Assembly (NCBI GenBank): GCA_963713975.1
Contig: OY970218.1
Location: 2,784,001 to 2,848,000, forward strand
Source: an uncultured Chloroflexia bacterium
Lineage (GTDB): Bacteria; Chloroflexota; Limnocylindria; Limnocylindrales; CSP1-4
Length of the DNA: 64,000 nt
Direction: 5' to 3'
Positions within the stretch are counted from its first letter, which is position 1. Every line of letters starts with the position of its first letter. Of the stretch, positions 29,177 to 38,218 are shown in pieces. The notes below the pieces were generated by a model. The model did no database searches, had not been told where the DNA came from, and was given only the letters and a program-made list of their open reading frames with translations. Position numbers and translations under genes: made by a program.

Positions 29177-31446
29177 GCGAGTCGCCCCTTCGACGGCCCG
29201 CGGAAGGGTGGGCCACCCTCGGCCTCGTGGTCGCAATCGCCCTCATCCTGGGCTGGGCCGTCGACGCCCCGGCCTGGGTGATCGGCCGCGGAGCCCTCAC
29301 GGACGACCTGGCGCTGCTTGCCCTGTGCGGGGCTGCGGTCGGCTTCGTCGGCCCCAAGGTGGGCTGGGGGCGCTGGACGACGCACCTGGTGGGTGCGGCG
29401 CTCGCGGCGCTCGTCATCGCCATCGTTGCAGGCTGGGCGGAGCAACCTGGGGCCTCCGTCGCCGGGGCCTTCCGGATCACGGCCCATGGATCCACGGAGG
29501 CGTACCTCGACCTCGCGTGGCGCAGCCTGCCGCTCACCAGCCAGCACATCCACTACATCATGGTGCTGGGCGTGATCGTGTGGGGCACCATGCAGTTCGC
29601 GTCGTACGCCGTCTTCGGCCACGGGCGGCCCCTGGGCGGGATCGTGGCCGTGGGCACGGTGCTTGTCGCGAACATGGCGCTAACCACCCAGCCGATGGCG
29701 TACCTGGTGGCCTTCACCGGGGCGTCGCTGTTCCTGCTGATCGAGATGCACGCCTTCGACGAGCGCTCCGCGTGGCTGCGCCGCCGGATCGGCGACCCGT
29801 CGTCGCTCTCGGCGATGTACCTGCGTGGCGGCTCGTTGTTCATCCTGGTCACGCTGGTGGCTTCGATGCTGCTCACCCAGCGCGCCACCTCGGCACCCCT
29901 CGCCGGCGCATGGAGCGGCGTCGACGACCAGCTGGTCCGGATCGGTCGTGAGGTCGGCCGCCTGTTCCCGGTGGGCGGCGACCTGCGTGGTGGCGGCGGG
30001 GTCAGCTTCGGCTCCACCGCCCTCATCTCGTCCCGCTGGTACAGCGACGAGGGCATCGCGTTCACCGCCACCGTGCCTCAGGACGCAAAGGGATGGAAGT
30101 GGCGCGCCGCGACCTACGACACGTTCATCCTGGGCGCATGGGTGCAGGGCGAGGTGACGACCGTCCCGGTACAGGCCGCCGTGCCGCTGCTCGCCGGCAC
30201 ACCGGAGGATCCTTCCCCCGACGTCACCACCGCGATCACGACCACGGTTCGCCCGGACGAGTACCGCGACACGCTCCTGCTGGCACCCGGGGCGCCCACG
30301 GTTGTCGACCGCGACGCCAACGTGCTCCTGATCGGATCGGACGGCTGGTTCGCGGGTGTCCAGCTGCCAGCGGGCCGCGCCGGGTACACCGTCGAGAGCT
30401 CGGTCCTTCGCCTCGACGACGAGGAGGGGATCACCGGCAACGAGCTGCGCGCCTCGACCGAGGACTACCCGACAGACATCTCGGCGCGGTACACCACGGT
30501 GCCGGAAGGCGCGATGGGGCCCGACGCGCGCGCACTGCTCGCCACCATCCTCGAGGCCGCACGGACCACGGACCCCTATGACCTCGCCGTCACGATCCAG
30601 GACTACCTGCGGTCGGACGCCTTCAGCTACACCACGAACCTGACCGGGGTGCCGTGCGATTCTGCGAGCGCCGTCGAGTGCTTTGCCCGCACCCAGAAGG
30701 GGTACTGCCTCCACTACGCATCCACGATGGCGATCCTCCTGCGCGCCGCCGATCCCGGCAACCCCATCCCGACGCGGCTCGTCCAGGGGTTCCTGCCGGG
30801 AGCCCGCCAGGGTTCGACGGAGACCGTCACCAACAGGGGCGCCCATGCCTGGGTGGAGGTCTACTTCCCCGGCTACGGCTGGATCCCGTTCGACCCCACC
30901 GGCGGCGGCGTCGGCCAGCCGTCCGTGATCCCGGCCGGGCCTGAGGTGTCCGCCGCCCCGATCCCGAGTGGAACCGCCGGCCCGCGGGACGTCCCGGACC
31001 CGACCCGTCGCGGCGAGGGCGTGACCGGCCCGGTTTCGCCCGGTCCCGGGGGATCGCAGCCCGGCGACCGGACGCTGCTCATCGTGATCTCGGCGCTGCT
31101 CGCCCTGGTCGTCCTCGCCGCGGCGATCGCGGCATGGATGCGTGGTCCACGCGGCGAGGTCAGCCCGGAACTGGCCTGGCGATCGCTGTCACGGACGGCC
31201 TCGCGCCTCGGCTTCGCGCCGCGACCCACCCAGACGGTCTACGAGTACGCGGCGAGCCTCGGAGACCTGGTGCCCGTGGCCGGGGACGATCTGCAGGTCG
31301 TGGCGGCCGCCAAGGTTGAGACGACCTATGCACGTGCGCGGCTGGGCCCATCACGCCTGGATGCGGTACGTGCCGCGAACCGGCGGCTGCGGGTCTCGCT
31401 GTTGCGCCTCGTACTTCGCCGGCCGCGGCGCCGGGCGGGTCGCTGA
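29173..31446 (+). CDS. Membrane transglutaminase-like protein (TgpA type, DUF4129-like tail)
   Basis: Multi-TM N-terminus; catalytic triad GYCLHYAS, HAWVEVY, FDPT; C-terminal TM and QTVYEYA. Confidence 0.9.
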   Translation: MSESPLRRPAEGWATLGLVVAIALILGWAVDAPAWVIGRGALTDDLALLALCGAAVGFVGPKVGWGRWTTHLVGAALAALVIAIVAGWAEQPGASVAGAFRITAHGSTEAYLDLAWRSLPLTSQHIHYIMVLGVIVWGTMQFASYAVFGHGRPLGGIVAVGTVLVANMALTTQPMAYLVAFTGASLFLLIEMHAFDERSAWLRRRIGDPSSLSAMYLRGGSLFILVTLVASMLLTQRATSAPLAGAWSGVDDQLVRIGREVGRLFPVGGDLRGGGGVSFGSTALISSRWYSDEGIAFTATVPQDAKGWKWRAATYDTFILGAWVQGEVTTVPVQAAVPLLAGTPEDPSPDVTTAITTTVRPDEYRDTLLLAPGAPTVVDRDANVLLIGSDGWFAGVQLPAGRAGYTVESSVLRLDDEEGITGNELRASTEDYPTDISARYTTVPEGAMGPDARALLATILEAARTTDPYDLAVTIQDYLRSDAFSYTTNLTGVPCDSASAVECFARTQKGYCLHYASTMAILLRAADPGNPIPTRLVQGFLPGARQGSTETVTNRGAHAWVEVYFPGYGWIPFDPTGGGVGQPSVIPAGPEVSAAPIPSGTAGPRDVPDPTRRGEGVTGPVSPGPGGSQPGDRTLLIVISALLALVVLAAAIAAWMRGPRGEVSPELAWRSLSRTASRLGFAPRPTQTVYEYAASLGDLVPVAGDDLQVVAAAKVETTYARARLGPSRLDAVRAANRRLRVSLLRLVLRRPRRRAGR

Positions 31447-31499
31447 ACTCGCGCCGACAGGGACTACAGCGCCCCGTTCCCATGCGGCACCGCCTGGGA

Positions 31500-32372
31500 C
31501 TACAGCGCCCCGGACCTGGCCCGCAGGTCTGCGGCCGCGCGGGCCTCCTCGTCCAGCAGCGTGGCGAGATGCTCGGACAGGTTTGCGGCCCGCACGACTG
31601 GACGCCCGCCACGGAGCTCGATCACCGTGATCCCGGTCAGTGCCATCGTGAACATCCAGAAGTGGGTGAGCGGGAGTCCGAAGAGGCTCAGCATCACGAT
31701 CTTGAACACGCCGTCATGGCCCACAAGGATCGACCACGGCTGGCCGGCCTGTGGTCCGACACCCGGGTAGCCGCCAACCTGGGGACGGTCCAGCGTCCCG
31801 CGAGGGTAGTCGCGTCCAAGGCGCTCCAGCACGGCCGCGAGGGCCGGCCGAACACGCGCCTGGACCTGGGCGGGGGACTCGCCGCCCGGAGCCCAGACGT
31901 CCCACGGCCGACGGCGCCAGCCGGCGAGGGTGTCGGGCCAGCGGCGCGCGATCTCGTCGTGGGTGACCCCTTCCCATTCGCCCTGGCCGATCTCCAGCAG
32001 ACCGGGTTCGGGACGGAGCGTCGGCGCCGGTCCGGCATCCGGGTTATCGCCGGCATCCCGGTCGATCGCCTCCGCGACGGCCCGTGCCGTCTCCGCGGTG
32101 CGGCCCAGCGGGGAATGGACGATCTCGATCGGCCGGCCGCCCGGGACTGGCAGCGCCGGAGACGCGTGCGGCCGGGCCAGGCGTTCCGCGGCCAGGGCCG
32201 CCTGACGGCGGCCCATGGGGGACAGGGGCGTCTCGCTCTGGCCCTGGAACCGGTTCTCGACGATCCACTCGGACTCCCCGTGGCGCAGCAGCACGAGCGT
32301 GGCGTCGATGCCCTCGGGGATCAGCGGCGGGGGAGCCGGGAGGGGACGCCCCGCCGTCTCGCCGTCGGTCAC
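31500..32372 (-). CDS. Histidine phosphatase family protein, probable metal-independent phosphoserine phosphatase
   Basis: LLRHGESEW, RFQG, SPLGRT, EIGQGEWEG, PGGES, VGHDG. GTG 32372 overlaps the serA stop. Confidence 0.8.
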   Translation of the reverse strand: MTDGETAGRPLPAPPPLIPEGIDATLVLLRHGESEWIVENRFQGQSETPLSPMGRRQAALAAERLARPHASPALPVPGGRPIEIVHSPLGRTAETARAVAEAIDRDAGDNPDAGPAPTLRPEPGLLEIGQGEWEGVTHDEIARRWPDTLAGWRRRPWDVWAPGGESPAQVQARVRPALAAVLERLGRDYPRGTLDRPQVGGYPGVGPQAGQPWSILVGHDGVFKIVMLSLFGLPLTHFWMFTMALTGITVIELRGGRPVVRAANLSEHLATLLDEEARAAADLRARSGAL

Positions 32373-33952
32373 CGGGCGCCGTCCAGCCGGATCACCCAGG
32401 TGTCGATCGTCGCGTCGTCGGCCTGGATGGCCTCCACGACGGCGGGGGGAACGTCGTCGTCGAGGGCCAGCACCATGTACGCCTCCGCGCGCGGCGCAGA
32501 CCGGGCGAGGGTCATGGAGCTGATGTTGACGTCGGCCGCCCCAAGGAGCGCGCCGACACGGCCGACCATTCCCGGGCGGTCCATGTGCTGGGAGATGAGC
32601 ATGACGCCGGCCGGGGCAAGGTCCATGGCGTGCTCCTGCAGGCGCACCAGGCGTGCCTCGCCGTTGGCGACGGTCCCCGCGAGCGTGACGGTCTGGCCCT
32701 CCGCCTCCGCGGTGATCGTCAGCAGCGAGGCGAAGACGTCCGCGTTGGAGGTCTTGCGCTCGACCACGTTGATGCCGCGGGCTTTTGCGAGCGTGGCGGC
32801 ATTGACCAGGTTCACCCGTTCCTCCGTGTCCTGCTCCAGCAGGCCGCGGAGCACGGCAGCGGTCAGCGACGATGCGTCGTAGGCGGCAGGCTCGCCGGCG
32901 ATCTCCAGGGTCAGCGTGCGGGGTGCCGTCCGGGCGAGCTGCGCCGCGAACCGGCCGAGCGTCTCGGCCAGCGGCAGATAGGGCGCGATCACCTGGGCCG
33001 TCTCCGGGGTCAGCAGCGGCGCATTGACCGCATACCGTGCCGAGCGTCCGTCGAGCACGTCCAGGATCTGCTCGGCCACCTCCTCCGCCACCGCGACCTG
33101 TGCCTCGGCCGTGGAGGCGCCCAGATGCGGGGTCAGCAGGGTGTTGGGCGCGTCGAGGAGTGGCGATCCGGTGGGCGGCTCCGTGTTGTAGACGTCGATC
33201 CCGGCCCCGCCGACCTTGCCGGCCATGAGGGCGGCGGCGAGGTCCGCCTCGTCGATCACGCCGCCGCGAGCGACGTTGAGCAGCAGCACGCCGGGCTTCA
33301 TCCGGTCGATGACGGCCGCGTTGATGAGGCCGGTCGTGGACTTCGTCTTGGGGACGTGGACCGTGATGGCGTCCGAGCGCCCCACGAGATCGTCGAAGGG
33401 CACCAGCTCCACGCCGAGGTTCGCGGCCTGCTCCGGCGTCACGAACGGGTCCGAACCCAGGACGATCATCTGCATCGCGTGCGCCCGCACCGCGATGGCC
33501 TGGCCGATCTTGCCCAGGCCGACGATGCCCAGGGTCTTGCCGCGTACCTCGATGCCACTGAACTGCGAGCGCTTCCACTCGCCCCGGCGCATCGAGGCGT
33601 CGGCCGCGGCGGTCTTGCGGGCGAGGCCGAGCAGGAGTGCCAGCGTCAGCTCCGCGGCGGCGATCGTGTTGCCGGTGGGTGCGTTGACGACGACGATGCC
33701 GGCCCGCGTGGCGGCCTCGAGGTCCACGTTGTCCACACCCACGCCCGCACGACCGATCACGACCAGGCGGGTGCCGGCGGCGATGAGCTCGGCGTCCACC
33801 TTGACCTGGCTGCGCACGACCAGCGCGTCGTACTCGGGCAGGATCGCGGCGATCTCGTCGCGGGGCAGGCCGAGCTTCTCGTCGACCTCATGGTGGCGGC
33901 GGAGCAGCTCGACGCCTTCGTCGGCGAGGGCCTCGACGATCAGGATCCTCAT
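32369..33952 (-). CDS. serA: D-3-phosphoglycerate dehydrogenase with ASB and ACT domains
   Basis: GRAGVGVDNVD, NAPTGNT, GLGKIG, NVARGG, TPHLGAST, DRPGMVG. Confidence 0.96.
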   Translation of the reverse strand: MRILIVEALADEGVELLRRHHEVDEKLGLPRDEIAAILPEYDALVVRSQVKVDAELIAAGTRLVVIGRAGVGVDNVDLEAATRAGIVVVNAPTGNTIAAAELTLALLLGLARKTAAADASMRRGEWKRSQFSGIEVRGKTLGIVGLGKIGQAIAVRAHAMQMIVLGSDPFVTPEQAANLGVELVPFDDLVGRSDAITVHVPKTKSTTGLINAAVIDRMKPGVLLLNVARGGVIDEADLAAALMAGKVGGAGIDVYNTEPPTGSPLLDAPNTLLTPHLGASTAEAQVAVAEEVAEQILDVLDGRSARYAVNAPLLTPETAQVIAPYLPLAETLGRFAAQLARTAPRTLTLEIAGEPAAYDASSLTAAVLRGLLEQDTEERVNLVNAATLAKARGINVVERKTSNADVFASLLTITAEAEGQTVTLAGTVANGEARLVRLQEHAMDLAPAGVMLISQHMDRPGMVGRVGALLGAADVNISSMTLARSAPRAEAYMVLALDDDVPPAVVEAIQADDATIDTWVIRLDGAR

Positions 33953-35112
33953 CGCACCGCCTCCTCGCTCGCCACGAGCGCCTGTTGGGCCGCCGCCACG
34001 GCGGCTCCCGGCGTGACCTCGAGGCCGACCTCGATCGCGGTTGCCTCCATGGCGCCGATCGCGGCCAGGATGTCGTCGGTGGTGACCGAACCCAGGTGGC
34101 CGAGCCGGAAGATCCTGCCCTTGAGCTTGCCCTGCCCTCCCGCGAGGACCAGGCCGCGTCGCTTCAGCCCCGCGTTGAAGGCCTTCCAGTCGAGCGTCTC
34201 GGGAATCCAGGCTGCGGTGACGGTCCTGCTGGCCACGTCGTCCCCGGCGAGGAGATCGAAGCCCATGGCGCGGAGGCCGGCCCGCGTCATCGTCTGGCAG
34301 GCAGCGTGACGGGTGAAGACCCCGTCGCCCTCGGCCTGCATCAGGCGGAGGCCCTCGTCGACCTGGTACATCACGGCAACGGCCGGGGTCCAGGGTGTCT
34401 CGCCGTTCACGGCCGTGTCACGGTGGCGCTTGAGGTCAAGGTAGAAGCGCGGCATCCGCGCGGTCTCGCCCGCGGCCCAGGCCCTCGGCCCCACTGCGGC
34501 CATGGCCATGCCCGGGGCGCTCATCCAGGCCTTCTGCGATCCCGTCACGACCAGGTCGAGGCCCCAGTCGTCCATCGCGAACGGGACGGCGCCCAGCGCC
34601 GAGATCGCGTCCACGAGGATCAGCGCGTCGGGTGCGACCTCGCGGATCGCTGCCGCCTGTGCGCCGATGTCGCTGGTGACGCCAGTCGAGGTCTCATTGT
34701 GGGTCAGGAGGACGGCCCGCAGGCCCGCGATCGCGGCCGCGGCTTCCCGCACCGCACCGGCCTCGGGTGCCCGGCCCCACTCGACCTCGAGCCTGGTCAC
34801 GGCGGCGCCGTAGACCTCGGCAACCTTGGCGAACCGGTCGCCGAAGGAGCCCATGGTGACGGCCAGGACGGCGTCGCCGGGCGACAGGACGTTGACGACC
34901 GCCGCCTCGAGGGCACCGGTGCCCGCGCAGGTGAGGAGGATCACCTCGTGCTGCGTGCCGAAGAAGGGCTTCATGCCGGCCTCGACCCGCCGCAGGAGCG
35001 ACTTGAACTCGTCGCCACGGTGGTTGACCATCTGGCGTCCGCCGGCCTCCCGCACGGTGGGCGGGAGGGCGGTGGGCCCGGGGATGCGGAGGTTGGGTTC
35101 GAAGCGGGTCAT
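33949..35112 (-). CDS. Class V aminotransferase (alanine-glyoxylate/serine-pyruvate type), likely phosphoserine aminotransferase role
   Basis: RIPGPT, HNETSTGV, VDAISALG, TGSQKAW, FRLGHLG; ATG 35112; coupled to serA. Confidence 0.88.
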   Translation of the reverse strand: MTRFEPNLRIPGPTALPPTVREAGGRQMVNHRGDEFKSLLRRVEAGMKPFFGTQHEVILLTCAGTGALEAAVVNVLSPGDAVLAVTMGSFGDRFAKVAEVYGAAVTRLEVEWGRAPEAGAVREAAAAIAGLRAVLLTHNETSTGVTSDIGAQAAAIREVAPDALILVDAISALGAVPFAMDDWGLDLVVTGSQKAWMSAPGMAMAAVGPRAWAAGETARMPRFYLDLKRHRDTAVNGETPWTPAVAVMYQVDEGLRLMQAEGDGVFTRHAACQTMTRAGLRAMGFDLLAGDDVASRTVTAAWIPETLDWKAFNAGLKRRGLVLAGGQGKLKGRIFRLGHLGSVTTDDILAAIGAMEATAIEVGLEVTPGAAVAAAQQALVASEEAVR

Positions 35113-35186
35113 GGGGGAAGTCTCCTGGGTCGCAAGGGGATGCCCTGCATGGTGCCCGACGTGACACGATGCGTCCACCAAGGTAT

Positions 35187-35200
35187 ATATGACGTCATAT
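35187..35200. promoter_or_regulatory. Perfect 14-bp palindrome ATATGACGTCATAT, probable toxin-antitoxin operator
   Basis: AT-rich palindrome in a GC-rich background, overlapping the antitoxin ATG at 35199. Confidence 0.6.
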
Positions 35201-35447
35201 GGCCACGATCCGGACGACGATCCTCCTCGATGCCGACCTGATGGACCGGCTCGAACGCCACGTGCGCCGGCAGTCCAGCACCAAGACCGCCGTGATCGGG
35301 GCCGCGATCGAGGCGTGGCTGGACTCCCACGAGGCCACCCCGGAGTTCCCGTTCCTGGGGATCGGACGCAGCTCCCATGGCCGTCTCTCGCTGGACGGGC
35401 GATCGGTCACGCGGCGCGAGGCGGGCCGGCGACCCGGGGACCGCTAG
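35199..35447 (+). CDS. Ribbon-helix-helix antitoxin (VapB/CopG-like)
   Basis: RTTILLDADLMDRL...STKTAVIGAAIEAWL ribbon-helix-helix pattern; immediately upstream of a PIN gene. Confidence 0.8.
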   Translation: MATIRTTILLDADLMDRLERHVRRQSSTKTAVIGAAIEAWLDSHEATPEFPFLGIGRSSHGRLSLDGRSVTRREAGRRPGDR

Positions 35448-35861
35448 GTGGCGATCCTGCTCGACCCGTCGGCGGTGGTGGCGGCAGCCGACGTCTCGGA
35501 TCTCAACCACCGCGCGGCGGTCGCCTGGTTCTCACGGGCCGATGAGCCGCTGCTGCTCGGGGCACTCGGTCTCGCAGAGCTGGACCTGCTGCTCCAGCGG
35601 GAGCTGGGAGCGGCCGCGACGGATGCGGTGATCCAGGCGGTCATCGCGGACGCGATCCGCCTGGTCCCGCCCACGACGGAGGACCTGGCCCGCGCGGTGG
35701 TCCTCATGCGGGAAGCGGCCGAGCATCGGCCGAGGCTCGCGGACGCGCTGCTCGTGGCCAGCTCGGAGCGGCTCGGCGTCCGTCGGGTTGCCTGCTTCGA
35801 TCGGCGGCCACTCGCGGTCTTCCGGCCGCGCCACGTGCGGAACCTCGACTTCGAGCCCTAG
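35448..35861 (+). CDS. vapC: PIN domain toxin (VapC family)
   Basis: ILLDPS, DLNH, LAEL, LADALLVA, FDRR: acidic PIN residues are present. Confidence 0.85.
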   Translation: MAILLDPSAVVAAADVSDLNHRAAVAWFSRADEPLLLGALGLAELDLLLQRELGAAATDAVIQAVIADAIRLVPPTTEDLARAVVLMREAAEHRPRLADALLVASSERLGVRRVACFDRRPLAVFRPRHVRNLDFEP

Positions 35862-35865
35862 GAAT

Positions 35866-35899
35866 CGAAACGGGGCCGGCGGACCGGCCCCGTTCGTTG
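35866..35899. terminator. Probable bidirectional intrinsic terminator between vapC and the RDD gene
   Basis: 11-bp perfect stem AACGGGGCCGG-cgga-CCGGCCCCGTT at 35869-35894 between convergent genes. Confidence 0.7.
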
Positions 35900-35927
35900 G
35901 GCTGCTGGGGGTGGATCGCCGGACGCG

Positions 35928-36644
35928 CTAGGCGACGCGCTTGACGACCACCGTGCTGGCCTTGAGGTCATGGAAGCCCTGGCGCTTGGCGTGCTGGGAC
36001 GTCGTCCAGATGAGGAACACGAAGTAGGCGAAGGTCGCGAGGCTGATCAGCGTGCCCAGGATCGCGATGTCGGTCGCTCCAAGCACCATCTGGACCACGC
36101 TGGCCAGGACGAAGACGCCGTACAACCAGCCCCAGCGAGCGATCGCCTGGTTGCGGGTGAGGGTGGCGCCGTCGGCTGCGTTCACCGTCTGGAGGTTGAG
36201 GGCCTTCTGGCCCAGGGATGCCCGCATCGCGGGATTGGTCCAGCCCCACACGAAGTAGACCGCAGACAGGAACAGGGTCGCGGCACTCAGCAGGAAGGTC
36301 GCGATGAGCACGAGGAAGAACCCGCCGGTGAGCAGGAACCCGAACAACAGCGCTCCCAGGGCGATCGAGATGAACGCCGACAGGATCCCAAGCAGGATGG
36401 CATCGATGATGAAGGCGATGACGCGGGTGGTGAGGTCCGCGTACACGATCCCCGGCGCAGGGCCGGCGGCGGCTGCCACGGGCTGGTAGTTGGACGGGAC
36501 CTGGAAGCCGGCCGGCGCCTGCCCCTGAGCGGGCGGAGGCGGTGTCTGCCAGCTGCCGCCGTCCTGGGGCGGCGCCTGGGCGGGCGGTGGCGCCTGCGGA
36601 GGCGGAGCCTCAGGAGTCGGAGCACCCTCGATGGGATCTGACAT
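35928..36644 (-). CDS. RDD family membrane protein with Pro/Gln-rich N-terminus
   Basis: YADLTTRVIAFIID, SLGQKALNL, RQGFHDLKASTVVV; GGGAGG ribosome-binding site. Confidence 0.9.
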   Translation of the reverse strand: MSDPIEGAPTPEAPPPQAPPPAQAPPQDGGSWQTPPPPAQGQAPAGFQVPSNYQPVAAAAGPAPGIVYADLTTRVIAFIIDAILLGILSAFISIALGALLFGFLLTGGFFLVLIATFLLSAATLFLSAVYFVWGWTNPAMRASLGQKALNLQTVNAADGATLTRNQAIARWGWLYGVFVLASVVQMVLGATDIAILGTLISLATFAYFVFLIWTTSQHAKRQGFHDLKASTVVVKRVA

Positions 36645-36899
36645 CGTCTACCTCCCTGTCCGGCTCCCCGTGGGCCGGGATCACGCCAGCATAGATCGCC
36701 GCGCGACGCGTGGGTAGCCCATTTGTGCGTGCGGTTCCGTTGCGCAACACTGGCGACGGCGTCGTGGCCGAAACATGAATCTCGCGATTGAATCGACCCG
36801 AGTTCGGTCAACCACGGTCAGACGGGTTGAATCCGGGCGTGATCGTGTCATGATCGAGGCGTCAGACATCCCCGCAAGCCCTCAGGAGTCGAGCATAGA

Positions 36900-37208
36900 A
36901 TGCGTATCCGCAGTGCCAAGATCGAGGAGTTGACGCCCATCAAGCGTGAGCGCGCACTGTCACCCCGGCAGCTCGCGGCGCTGCAGCGCGACGAGGAGAT
37001 CCGCAAGGCTCTGGCCCGCCTCAAGAGCGACGACGACATCATCGCGATCGAGCTCGACCCGGCCGAGAAGATCCCCACCATGCGCGCGGCCGTGAAGAAG
37101 GCGATCGCCGCGCACAGGCCGGGAACGTCGATGGCCATCCGCGGCCGGACGATCTATGTCTCCACCGGCAGCCTGCCGGGTGGTCGCGGACGCAAGCCAA
37201 AGGCCTGA
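36900..37208 (+). CDS. Small basic hypothetical protein with C-terminal GRGRKPK
   Basis: CAGGAG upstream, strong GC3 codon bias, 23 K/R in 102 aa. Confidence 0.75.
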   Translation: MRIRSAKIEELTPIKRERALSPRQLAALQRDEEIRKALARLKSDDDIIAIELDPAEKIPTMRAAVKKAIAAHRPGTSMAIRGRTIYVSTGSLPGGRGRKPKA

Positions 37209-37288
37209 CCGGGGCGCGCCGGGGGCGTCGCATGCAGGTCGTGTCACGCGTCTCTGGTGCCTGAGCCACCCGCGGAGGCAGCCCCACG

Positions 37289-38218
37289 ATGTCCACCCGA
37301 TCCAGGCGCCACATTCCGTGGGCGCGACTCGCGCTGGTCGCGGCCGTGCTGGCTGCGGTCGCCGTGGTGGCGGTCTGGGCCAACGTCCTGGGGGCCGCCG
37401 ACAGGCTGGCCGGCGTCGCCCGGCGCATCGAGCTGTTCATCGACCCGCCGCCGGACCGTCCGATCGACGAGGCGATCTTGGTCACGCCCCGGCCGATCCC
37501 GACGGCGGCACCCGCGTCCTCGGCCGCTCCCTCGCCCGTGATCGTGCTCGCACCCGGGCGGACGGCCGCTCCCTCGCCCAGCCCGTCCCCGTCCCCGCGG
37601 CGGGTCGCGGTGGATGTGGACCTGCTCAAGAACCCCGCCAGACGGTTCGTGTCCCAGGTCGACCACGAGTGGTGCGCGGTCGCCGGCACTCAGATCGTGC
37701 TCGCCATCAACGACAAGGCCCCTGTGACCAACGCCTTCCAGCGGGAGCTCGCGGGTCGCATCGAGGAGTGGGAGAGTCGGCGCGACAGCCGGAACGGCGG
37801 CTGGGGGCCGGCCGCGATGGTCGCGGCCCTCGAGGCGTACGGCGTCCACGGCTACGAGGTGCGTGCCTACCAGACCCGCCAGGACGCGCTGAGCGATGCC
37901 GCCCGGACGATCGGATCGCTCCGTGCCCCGGTGCTGCTGCTCGCCTGGCGTGGCGCGCACACCTGGGTCATGACCGGCTATCGGGCGGACGCCGACCCGT
38001 TGGTGTTCGAGGACGCGAAGGTCAGCGGCGCCTACATCCTCGACCCGTGGTACCCGAGCGTCTCGTCGATCTGGGGTCCGTCCGACCCGCCGGGGACGTT
38101 CCAGGACATGGCGGAGATGCGCCGCAACTACCTGCCGTGGGATCGGCCCGAGGGCAAGTACCCGTCCCGCGACGGCCTGTTCATCGCGGTGGTGCCAACG
38201 GAGCCGCTCAGCCGGTAG
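37289..38218 (+). CDS. Exported papain-fold (C39-like) cysteine peptidase
   Basis: N-terminal TM or signal, Pro/Ser linker, Q-x4-WC (SQVDHEWCAVA), HTWVMTGY, YILDPW. Confidence 0.65.
   Translation: MSTRSRRHIPWARLALVAAVLAAVAVVAVWANVLGAADRLAGVARRIELFIDPPPDRPIDEAILVTPRPIPTAAPASSAAPSPVIVLAPGRTAAPSPSPSPSPRRVAVDVDLLKNPARRFVSQVDHEWCAVAGTQIVLAINDKAPVTNAFQRELAGRIEEWESRRDSRNGGWGPAAMVAALEAYGVHGYEVRAYQTRQDALSDAARTIGSLRAPVLLLAWRGAHTWVMTGYRADADPLVFEDAKVSGAYILDPWYPSVSSIWGPSDPPGTFQDMAEMRRNYLPWDRPEGKYPSRDGLFIAVVPTEPLSR

Noticed and set aside
31500-33578. 692-aa ORF suggesting a large phosphatase fusion
   Set aside because: The N-terminal 400 aa are an alternative frame of serA; the real start is GTG 32372, overlapping the serA stop.
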